Below, in pieces: positions 29,538 through 37,328 of a stretch of 64,000 nucleotides of DNA. The notes beneath the pieces are model-generated. The model saw only the letters and a program-made list of their open reading frames with translations, made no database searches and had not been told where the DNA came from. The first letter of the stretch is position 1, and each line of letters opens with the position of its first letter. The position numbers and the translations under genes were made by a program. The stretch spans positions 1,120,001 to 1,184,000 of the forward strand of contig CBDCTZ010000014.1 of assembly GCA_965222375.1 (NCBI GenBank), in the 5' to 3' direction. Source of the DNA: Polyangiaceae bacterium (GTDB taxonomy: Bacteria > Myxococcota_A > Polyangia > Polyangiales > Polyangiaceae).

Positions 29538-30328
29538 GAAGCACCGTCCGCTTCAGGTGAGGTGGTTGCCGCCCGCTCGGAAGCGAGGGGGACAGCATAT
29601 CCGTGTTGGCGCGCCATCCAGCGTAGCAAGTCGATCGCCGAGAGGATTCCCACTACTGCGCCGGAGCGCGCACCGATCACCACCAGCCGGTGCACACCCT
29701 CATGGGCCATCAGCGCGGCGGCTTGGGAAATCGGCGCTGTCTCCGCGATGGTGAAAGCCATGGGCATCATGATGTCCTCAACGATCTCCTCAGCCAGACG
29801 AGTCAGATGCAGCCCCGCCCCCAAATCTAGTTCGTAGCCCCCCGCTTTGACAGGTCCCGCATCGACTTCTGCGGCCTCCAATGCGGAGCCCTGTCGCCGG
29901 AGCAGGTCGGTTTTCGAAACCACTCCCAAGGGCTTGCCCTTTTCGTCGACCACGGGCGCGCCACTGATTCCACGCTCGAGCATCATCAGGGTCAGTGCGT
30001 CCAAGGACAGTTCCGGGCTCACGCACACCACGTGGGAGGTCATGACGCTCGACACCGGCGGATCCGCTGGAGGCGGGAGTTCGACCTGGGGTGGGGCGGG
30101 CCGCGCCTGGTTCTCGGCCTCCGTGCTGCCGCGGCACATCAGAAACGTGTCGCGTTCACTGGGATCGAGGTGCAGACCGCCGCAGTCTTCGCAGCCAAGG
30201 CAGGAATCCACGGGCACCGTGGCATTGAGCCGGGTGCAAAAGACGCTGAGTTCCATGCCTTGCCCCCCGTCTTCCTCCCAAGTTCTGCGTACCTGGATGG
30301 GCAGCAGCTTTCCGCGTTCCTTGCTCAC
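29534..30328 (-). CDS. CBS-pair protein with N-terminal Cys cluster
   Basis: AGGGAGG RBS before GTG 30328; C-x11-C-x2-C-x2-C-x15-C; ISGAPVVD..GVVSKTDL and VHRLVV..GILSAIDL motifs. Confidence 0.85.
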   Translation of the reverse strand: MSKERGKLLPIQVRRTWEEDGGQGMELSVFCTRLNATVPVDSCLGCEDCGGLHLDPSERDTFLMCRGSTEAENQARPAPPQVELPPPADPPVSSVMTSHVVCVSPELSLDALTLMMLERGISGAPVVDEKGKPLGVVSKTDLLRRQGSALEAAEVDAGPVKAGGYELDLGAGLHLTRLAEEIVEDIMMPMAFTIAETAPISQAAALMAHEGVHRLVVIGARSGAVVGILSAIDLLRWMARQHGYAVPLASERAATTSPEADGAS

Positions 30329-30491
30329 GCTAGCCTCCCTCCGTTTCGTCGCGCAAAAATTGCGCGACCCCAAGTCGGCAACGCAAGGCTTGCCCCGGGC
30401 CCGGAGTTCGGCCCCCCGGATCGTCCCAGGTTGCGTCGAAGCTATGGTCCGTGAACCTCACGAACAGGTTGAATTGCAAGCTCTGCACCAG

Positions 30492-30507
30492 CGGCATGCC
30501 GGTTGCA
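30492..30507 (+). promoter_or_regulatory. Sigma54 -24/-12 promoter
   Basis: CGGCAT-GCCGG-TTGCA about 30 bp upstream of ATG 30539. Confidence 0.6.
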
Positions 30508-30538
30508 GAAGTGCCCCACGCCAGGTTAGGAAGCCCAC

Positions 30539-30949
30539 ATGGTTGTTGAAGAGATCATGACAAAAGACCCGATAACGGCTGATGCTGCCTCAGCGATTCG
30601 GGATGTGATGTCGGTGCTATTCGAACTCGACGTTCGTCACCTGCCCATCGTCGACGGCAACACGCTAGTGGGCATCATCAGCGACCGCGACGTGCGAGCC
30701 TACCTCGCTCCGACCCTCGTAGAGTTGGACAAGCCCGACGACATTGCGCAACGTCTCGCTCAACCCATTTCGTCGGTGATGAGTTCGGATGTGATGTCGG
30801 TGAATCCAGAAATGGAGCTCACCGAACTCGTTGACCTGATGCTCGATCACAAGGTTGGCGCCGTCCCTGTAGTGGACCCTGAGAACGATGACCTGGTCGG
30901 AATCGTGAGCTACATGGACGTCCTCCGCGCCGCACAAGACAAGCTCTAG
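30539..30949 (+). CDS. CBS-pair protein
   Basis: VRHLPIVD..GIISDRD and VGAVPVVD..GIVSYMDVL motifs. Confidence 0.95.
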   Translation: MVVEEIMTKDPITADAASAIRDVMSVLFELDVRHLPIVDGNTLVGIISDRDVRAYLAPTLVELDKPDDIAQRLAQPISSVMSSDVMSVNPEMELTELVDLMLDHKVGAVPVVDPENDDLVGIVSYMDVLRAAQDKL

Positions 30950-31821
30950 CTGCGGCCCGCGGCGCTCTGCGGTGCGCCCGTAATTACCAAGGAACACGGG
31001 CATGTGCGAACGATGCCTTCGGCAGTCCGACCCAACAGGACGCGGCGTACGCCTCCCTCACCGCATCGCCCGACGACCAACACATCGGCCTGGGTGTCGC
31101 TCGCGAACCCTGTGAGCACGTGCGTGGGATCTCCCCACGCGAAATGCACCTCGTCCTCGTGATCCGGTGCGACGGCGGCCACGAATCGTCGAATCTGGTC
31201 CTCGGACTCCGCGCGAAACCTGTCATTTTCCGTCTTCTCCTCTTCCACGCTCATTCCAAGGGGGTTCAGATCGGGGTTTTCGATGGCGGCTACCAAGGTG
31301 AGAGAAGCACCGCAACGCTCGGAGATCGCACGCCCATCTTCGATTGCGACCCGCGAGGTGTCAGAGCCGTCGACGCCTACGACGACTCGCTGGATTTCCT
31401 CCTGTCGCGGTCGACTCACCCAAACGGGTTGCCGCGCATGCCGAGCTACCGCCTCGGCGGTGGACCCCACGACCAGTCGCTCGAGCGTTCCTTTGTTGCT
31501 TGCACCGACCATGATCAGGTTGATGTGGAGTTTTTCAGCTGCTTCAGCGATGGCTTCCCCCGCGTTGCCCCGGGCGACAGGAATCACCTCGGCCGGTATT
31601 CCTGCCGCCTCCAGCTCTCGAACCCAACTCGCAAGGCGGTCTTCAGCCTCTTGCTGCAGCTGGCCGGAAGATACCCAGGTGCGAAGCGCAGAGGGTAGCG
31701 CTGTCAGCACACGTACCCGTGCATTGAACGCCTTGGCAACCGACGCCACCTCATGACGCGCGGCCTGCGCCGCCGTGTCGAAGTCCGTTGCGAACAAGAT
31801 CTGCTTTTCGGTCATGGTCAT
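30946..31821 (-). CDS. Tandem (two-domain) universal stress protein
   Basis: ILFATDF..GSTAEAVAR and VVVGVDGS..LGRTAEGIVRTCPCS motifs. Confidence 0.9.
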   Translation of the reverse strand: MTMTEKQILFATDFDTAAQAARHEVASVAKAFNARVRVLTALPSALRTWVSSGQLQQEAEDRLASWVRELEAAGIPAEVIPVARGNAGEAIAEAAEKLHINLIMVGASNKGTLERLVVGSTAEAVARHARQPVWVSRPRQEEIQRVVVGVDGSDTSRVAIEDGRAISERCGASLTLVAAIENPDLNPLGMSVEEEKTENDRFRAESEDQIRRFVAAVAPDHEDEVHFAWGDPTHVLTGFASDTQADVLVVGRCGEGGVRRVLLGRTAEGIVRTCPCSLVITGAPQSAAGRS

Positions 31822-31966
31822 GTCCTTTTGGGGCGGTCTGCTCGGCCGACCGCCGCATCAAACCTCAGCAGATTCTCGACGAGGGTTCCAGCGCTTGGAT
31901 TGAGCGCCTGAACGGCGGGTCAAGCAGCGCCGGTTTGTGGCTGTGTTTTCATGCAAACTTCACAGG

Positions 31967-31982
31967 CGCAAGCCCTGCGCCG
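31967..31982 (-). promoter_or_regulatory. Sigma54-like promoter
   Basis: CGGCGC-AGGGC-TTGCG on the minus strand, upstream of the tandem USP. Confidence 0.45.
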
Positions 31983-32041
31983 CCCGAGCTGTCGGCCGCA
32001 GCGGTTGCGGAGGGCATCTTGAATACGCCCGCCAAGCCCAT

Positions 32042-32057
32042 TGGAACACTCCTTGCG
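32042..32057 (+). promoter_or_regulatory. Sigma54-like promoter
   Basis: TGGAAC-ACTCC-TTGCG just upstream of ATG 32070. Confidence 0.55.
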
Positions 32058-32069
32058 ACTGCAGGCAGC

Positions 32070-32798
32070 ATGGCAAAGACAGTACGCGAGGTCATGAACC
32101 CGGAACTCTTTAGCATGCGGGCCGACGACACTGCGGCGGACGCCCTTGGGTACATTCGTGCCCTCGGCATTACGGCCGTTCCTGTTGTGGACGAAGAATC
32201 CCATGCCCAAGGGGTCGCCTCCTTTCGTGATTTGCTGTCCGCAGCGCCGGGGGAGAAGCTGAGTCAGCGCATGACCTCGCCGGCGGTGACCGTGAGTTCG
32301 AATGCCGACCTGGAAGACGCTGCCCGCCTCATTGTCGAACGAGGAGTTCACCGAGCTGTTGTCGTCGACGCCACAGAAAAGGTCTGCGGTGTGGTCTCAG
32401 CCTTGGACTTGATTGCGGGTATCCTCGGGCTTCCAGCAAAGCACCCTGACACCTTCCCGCACTACGACAAGCTCCATGCGGTGACGTGGACCAACGACGA
32501 ACTTCTCGAACTCGAGCGGGTCGACGCTGCGCCAGACCGAGCGGGTGTCTTCTTGCTCGTTTCCGGTGGAAAGGAAAAGGCCGAGCGGGTCATCTGGGCA
32601 GAGTCCGCGAACAACGTGCGCACGCGTTTGTACGACTTGCTCTCCCGGCCCCAGGATGACAACCGCGAGCTACTTGCGTTGATGGATCGCTACCACCAGG
32701 GTTTGCGCTTCCGCGCCACAGCCGTGGATTCCGAAGCGCGGCGCCGCAGCCTGGCCGCCGCGGTGATGGCAGGAATGCGTCTCGGCGTCATGGGTTGA
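32070..32798 (+). CDS. CBS-pair protein with C-terminal degenerate GIY-YIG-like domain
   Basis: Two CBS motifs, then PDRAGVFLL..RVIWAESANNVRTRL. Confidence 0.8.
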   Translation: MAKTVREVMNPELFSMRADDTAADALGYIRALGITAVPVVDEESHAQGVASFRDLLSAAPGEKLSQRMTSPAVTVSSNADLEDAARLIVERGVHRAVVVDATEKVCGVVSALDLIAGILGLPAKHPDTFPHYDKLHAVTWTNDELLELERVDAAPDRAGVFLLVSGGKEKAERVIWAESANNVRTRLYDLLSRPQDDNRELLALMDRYHQGLRFRATAVDSEARRRSLAAAVMAGMRLGVMG

Positions 32799-32836
32799 AG
32801 CCGGTTGCCGCCCGCCGGCCGCTGGCACGGTGCCCC

Positions 32837-33763
32837 TCAAGGGGTCAGCTCGGGAGGTCTTTCCTTCTCGTTGGCGAGCTGCCAGCCCCGGGGAACGAGT
32901 TCCTGAACGCTGCGCCCGGCGCGCTCGACTAGCTCGAAGTCGCTCTTGTATGCGGCGTCCGTGGTGGGTTCGAAGCCCTGGATCCCGGCCAGCTTGGTGA
33001 GAGTCGTCTTGCCCTCTGCGGACTTTGCGACGGCGACCAGCGCCTGGGTCAACGCGTCCCGACGCTTCGCGGGGAGGTCGGCGCGAACGAAGACAGGCTC
33101 GTTGGATATCGTCTCGGTTGTGGCGATGACTCGCAGTTCAGGGATGTCCCGAACCGCACCGGAGTAGCTTGCGGCCGCCGCTACTTCCCCTTTGCGCAAC
33201 GCGTTCAAGGCGGCTTCGTGGCTGCCCTTGAACACGGGGGAGACCTTCACGCCCTTGTCGTTCAGTAGCTTGGCTGCAAGGAGGAATCCCGTGGTGGAGT
33301 AGCGGTCAGCGTAGGCGATCTTCTTGCCCTGCAGCTCTTGGAGTGTGTTGGCTCCGCCTTGGCGCAAGGTTATGATTTCTCCGTGATAGCTGCGCTTGCC
33401 GTTGGCACGGACGACTTGCAGTGCCGCCTCCACCTTCCAGAGCCGCCGCGCGAATAGGTACTCGAAGATCGTCAGCAGCGCGGCATCCGTTCTGGCGCTG
33501 GTCGCCATGCGAATGGACTCATCTGCGGTCTTGGCGGTGCGTAGCTCGAAGGGCGCCTTCGCCTGCTGGCTGAGCAGCGACTGCAGACGCTGCACCGCGT
33601 CCTTGTCCGTGCCGTGGCCAGGTGAAAGCACCAGAACGAACTGGCCCTTGCGACTGCCATGGTCGCAGCCCGCTGCCGCGGCGGCGCAGAACGCCAATGT
33701 GCCGCTCAGCCAACTTCGTCGGGGAAGAGTCAGTTTCAATTGGACCGTCCTGGGAGTCTGCAA
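32837..33763 (-). CDS. PhnD/phosphonate-binding-like periplasmic protein (possible Tat lipoprotein)
   Basis: YHGEII, LQGKKIAYADRYSTTGFL and GSHEAAL motifs; RRSWL..AAAGC N-terminus. Confidence 0.8.
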   Translation of the reverse strand: MQTPRTVQLKLTLPRRSWLSGTLAFCAAAAAGCDHGSRKGQFVLVLSPGHGTDKDAVQRLQSLLSQQAKAPFELRTAKTADESIRMATSARTDAALLTIFEYLFARRLWKVEAALQVVRANGKRSYHGEIITLRQGGANTLQELQGKKIAYADRYSTTGFLLAAKLLNDKGVKVSPVFKGSHEAALNALRKGEVAAAASYSGAVRDIPELRVIATTETISNEPVFVRADLPAKRRDALTQALVAVAKSAEGKTTLTKLAGIQGFEPTTDAAYKSDFELVERAGRSVQELVPRGWQLANEKERPPELTP

Positions 33764-33766
33764 AAC

Positions 33767-34849
33767 CTATTCTGCAGAGGGCTGCTGGCAACCCGCAAGT
33801 GCGTCTCCCATGCGGGTGCTGAACCAGGTGTCCAGCTCCGGCAGAAAGTAGCGCAAGCGGCACTTCTTGAGCTCCACGGTGCTGAACAGTACCAGGTAGT
33901 CGTCCACGTCTATCTCCCTCGAGAGGCGCGCAGCGATCTCCAGGCAAGCCTCCTCGCTGGGGCCGTGCAGCATGCTGTACAGCGTGTAGTCGAAGCCCGG
34001 CACGGCATTGCGAGCGTAGCAGTGGCTCACCTCTGGCGCTCCAGCGAGCAGGGAGCCCAATCTCGCATGCTGACTCTGGGGCACGTTCCAGACCCCCATG
34101 CCGTTGCCTCGCACCCCGAGCCGGCGGTGCCGAAAGGTGCCGACGAAACGGCGCACGGCGCCCCCAATGTGCTTCTGGGCGTGTTGGATCAGTTCGCCCT
34201 CGCCAAGACCGAGCTTGTTCGCCGTCGTAGCGAAGGGGCGTGAGGTGATCTCAAGAGGGGTTTGGAGGGCGCGAAAGAGCGCCCTGTCGCGGTCGGAGAC
34301 GCGGATCGGAACCGGAGGCGAGAGTTCGACCACTTCCGTGCGACTTCTCCTGGTCAGAAGGTCGAAGTTCACGCCGACCTTGAAGGTCGACGTGCGACGA
34401 AGTGGGTAAAAAGCGTCCGCTCCGGCCTCCTTGGCCAAGAGCTCCAGGTGACTCTCCAGCCCCTGATCCATGGGCACGGCGATAGTGAACCACAGGTTGT
34501 AGTCGTGGCGGCGAATGTAGTTGTGAGTCACCGTCGGATGCGCATTGATGACCTCCGCCACTCGATCAATGTCGGGCTCTGGGATCTTGCCCGCCACCAG
34601 CGCACTGTCATAGCCAAGGCAAGCGCCTTCGAGGACGGCAGATATTTCCCGGAGCAGTCCGCTTTCGCTCCAGTGCCTTACTTGTGCCAAGACGTTGTCT
34701 TCGGAGATTCCCAGGCTGCGTCCGAGCTCTGCGAAGGGCGTCGCGTTCAGCGGCATGGCGTGCTGCACCGCATGGGCCAGAGCGTTTTCCTTCTCTGGGC
34801 TCAAGATGGCGGTGTGGTCCGACGACTCGCTCGAAATCGATAGGTTCAT
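33767..34849 (-). CDS. nirDL: Single-chain siroheme decarboxylase (NirDL/AhbAB-type)
   Basis: Two Lrp/AsnC-like halves: VTHNYIRRHDYNLWFT and VSHCYAR..YTLYSMLHG; nir context. Confidence 0.85.
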   Translation of the reverse strand: MNLSISSESSDHTAILSPEKENALAHAVQHAMPLNATPFAELGRSLGISEDNVLAQVRHWSESGLLREISAVLEGACLGYDSALVAGKIPEPDIDRVAEVINAHPTVTHNYIRRHDYNLWFTIAVPMDQGLESHLELLAKEAGADAFYPLRRTSTFKVGVNFDLLTRRSRTEVVELSPPVPIRVSDRDRALFRALQTPLEITSRPFATTANKLGLGEGELIQHAQKHIGGAVRRFVGTFRHRRLGVRGNGMGVWNVPQSQHARLGSLLAGAPEVSHCYARNAVPGFDYTLYSMLHGPSEEACLEIAARLSREIDVDDYLVLFSTVELKKCRLRYFLPELDTWFSTRMGDALAGCQQPSAE

Positions 34850-36108
34850 AATCCAATCCTGAATGCTCGCCAGGCGCCGAAGACACCAGACGGTGAGGGA
34901 ACTTGCTCTTCGTCCACGATCTCGTAGCGGCGGGCGTCGACGAGAGCTATCTTGTTGTCGCGATTCGCGCTCACGAGCACGTGGGAGCCCCGTGGAAGGA
35001 AGTCCATGTGGTAGATGCGTTTGCCGACTCGGATCTCTTTTTTGGGCTCCAGGGTTTCAGCGTCGATGACCTGGATGAACGCATCGTCGGCTTCCCCCGA
35101 AAAGCTGACCCAGACCTCGCTTCCGGTTGGGGACGCGACGGAGTACACCGGATGTCCCCTGAGCTTTACGGACCGCTCGAAGGAGAAATCCTCTTCATTC
35201 AGTACGACGAGGCGCGCCTCGCCGACTAGGGGCACGAAGACCCGGGATCTGGCCACCGCCCAAGAAGCCATGTGCGGCAATTTCACAGGCGTGGTGCGCT
35301 TGGTGCCAGCACCAGGGTCTTCCAACGAGATTTCCCTCACGCCCTTTTCCGGGTGCTGGACGTCCAACACGCTGACGTGTTTGGAGCCCATGTGCCCCAC
35401 GACGTAGTGGCGCCCGTTTGGTGTGATCATCGCATCGTAGGGCATGTCCGTGCTGGTCTTGATGCGATGTTCGATGCTGGGTTTCTCCCCCGAGGCGTCG
35501 ATGATCCAGATCTCTGCGCCTTCGATCAGAACGCAAACGAGTCGGTTGCCCGGGGCGTCCACGATGCCCGTGACGCGGCTGTCCGTCTTCTTGCCGTTTC
35601 GCTCGATGTTGGCGGGCAGTCGCGACACGACCTTCAGGCTCTGCGCATCGAGCAGAGTCACCCCGCCGGGGATGTACTCCGCCGTCGCAACATAGCGGCC
35701 GTCTTGAGTGATCGCGATGTCGATGGAGTTCTCGGATACCTGGGCCTCGCCGGCTTTCTTCAAGGTCTCGAGATCGATACGGGATAGCTTGCCCTTGCGG
35801 GTTGCCACGTACCCCCAGCGTAGATCCGGGGAGAACGCCATTACCGCATGCCGCATGTTACCGAGCCCCTCGAGGCGTTGAGGCAGAAGCTTGCGAGACG
35901 ACAAGTCGTAGACCGCCAACGCCTCTTTCTCCCGCTCCACCACGAAGACTCGGGAACCCACTCCTCCGCTGACGGCCTTCTGGCCCGTCGCTGGCGTTGG
36001 CGCCGGCGCGGAGGATGACTCGGCAGCGGGCGGTGGGGGCGACTTTTTGGGCTCACAGCTGGAGTTGGCCAGCGCCAACGTGAGCGCACAGGCGAGAGCG
36101 AGCTTCAT
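34846..36108 (-). CDS. nirF: Heme d1 biosynthesis/insertion protein NirF (lipoprotein)
   Basis: d1-type beta-propeller without CxxCH; VFVVER, MRHA, PYDAMITPNGRHY, VKLPH and PSGVF motifs; lipobox NSSC. Confidence 0.85.
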   Translation of the reverse strand: MKLALACALTLALANSSCEPKKSPPPPAAESSSAPAPTPATGQKAVSGGVGSRVFVVEREKEALAVYDLSSRKLLPQRLEGLGNMRHAVMAFSPDLRWGYVATRKGKLSRIDLETLKKAGEAQVSENSIDIAITQDGRYVATAEYIPGGVTLLDAQSLKVVSRLPANIERNGKKTDSRVTGIVDAPGNRLVCVLIEGAEIWIIDASGEKPSIEHRIKTSTDMPYDAMITPNGRHYVVGHMGSKHVSVLDVQHPEKGVREISLEDPGAGTKRTTPVKLPHMASWAVARSRVFVPLVGEARLVVLNEEDFSFERSVKLRGHPVYSVASPTGSEVWVSFSGEADDAFIQVIDAETLEPKKEIRVGKRIYHMDFLPRGSHVLVSANRDNKIALVDARRYEIVDEEQVPSPSGVFGAWRAFRIGL

Positions 36109-37295
36109 GCGGTCCTCAAGGTGGGGGAGGTGTGAAGACCGATCTCTCGGTCCGTCATCACGCAAGCGGGGTCGGCTTCCCACTCGTTGCGTTGGACTGA
36201 CAACGCACGCTCGCGGTGAGAGCCGCGACACAGCGGCAGGTAGCGGCAGCTGCGGCATCTGCCCTGTAGGTGGTTTTCGCGTTGGAGCAGCTGGAGCCGC
36301 AGCGGGTGCCCCAAGATCTCCGAAAAGGGTCGTTCGGCGACGTTGCCCAAGCTCGCAGCGCGCCAGAACTGATCCGGATGCGCCTCGCCTCGGTGATCGA
36401 TGTTCACGATCTTCTCACCAGCGGAATTCCCACCACGCAGCGCGAGCATGTTCTCCACTCGGCTCGCCGCAGCGTCGCCGTGACGGGCGCGGATCCACTC
36501 GAGCAGCGCTGGGCCGTCAGAGTCGTTGCCGCCCGTGACCAGTTTCGGCCCCGAGCCATCGCGCACGCCTCGGGCAGCATGCTCGAACAACTCGTGCAGG
36601 GTCTGTCGACTCTCTTCAGTGGTCAAATCGTCACGATCCAGACGCACGGCCCGCCCAGAGTAGAGCAGGTGCGACACGTAGAAGCGGTCCACCCGAAGCC
36701 GCTCTGCATGCTGAAGCAGGGGTGCAAGTTGGTCTCGATTCTTGCGAGTCAGAGTCACTCGGAGGCCCGTGCGCATCCCGGCAGATTTTGCGCTCACCAA
36801 CCCCTGAGACGCTCGCTCGAAGCCCCTTTCAAGTCCCCGATAGCTGTCATTGAACGCAGAAAGTCCATCGATGCTGATGCCCACGTAATGAATACCGGCC
36901 TTGTGCAGGTCTTGCGCGGACTTGTCGTCAATCAACACTCCATTGGTGGACAATTGGGCGTGCAGACCGAGGCGCGTAGCTTCGGCGACCAGTGTGAGCA
37001 GGTCGGGTCGCAGCAGCGGCTCCCCCCCGCTGAAGATGACGACCTGCACGTCCGCTTCGGCCATCTCCGCAAGCAGGTGGAGCGCCCGCTCGGTGCTCAA
37101 CTCACCCGGTAGCGGCTTCAACGCTGCCGACGCGTAGCAGTGCGGGCAGGTCATGTTGCAGTGACCGGTAACGTTCCAAATCACGACGGGCACAAAACAA
37201 CTCGACGCCGCGCTGTAGCGCGGCGTCGAACCCTTGCGACTTGGCTCGGGGCCCTCGTTCTGGGCGATCTCGAGGAGCTCTGAGACGGGCAGCAT
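36105..37295 (-). CDS. nirJ: Heme d1 biosynthesis radical SAM protein NirJ
   Basis: PVVIWN..CNMTCPHC, FYVSHLLYSGR, TGGNDSDGP, GGNSAG and HPDQFW motifs; located between nirS and nirF. Confidence 0.9.
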   Translation of the reverse strand: MLPVSELLEIAQNEGPEPSRKGSTPRYSAASSCFVPVVIWNVTGHCNMTCPHCYASAALKPLPGELSTERALHLLAEMAEADVQVVIFSGGEPLLRPDLLTLVAEATRLGLHAQLSTNGVLIDDKSAQDLHKAGIHYVGISIDGLSAFNDSYRGLERGFERASQGLVSAKSAGMRTGLRVTLTRKNRDQLAPLLQHAERLRVDRFYVSHLLYSGRAVRLDRDDLTTEESRQTLHELFEHAARGVRDGSGPKLVTGGNDSDGPALLEWIRARHGDAAASRVENMLALRGGNSAGEKIVNIDHRGEAHPDQFWRAASLGNVAERPFSEILGHPLRLQLLQRENHLQGRCRSCRYLPLCRGSHRERALSVQRNEWEADPACVMTDREIGLHTSPTLRTA

Positions 37296-37328
37296 TGCGA
37301 CCTAGTGGTTGCAAGGCGTGTGCCGTGC

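Noticed and set aside
33767..37295. Alternative heme b (Ahb) pathway operon
   Set aside because: There is one radical SAM only, flanked by nirS and nirF, so heme d1 synthesis is the simpler reading.
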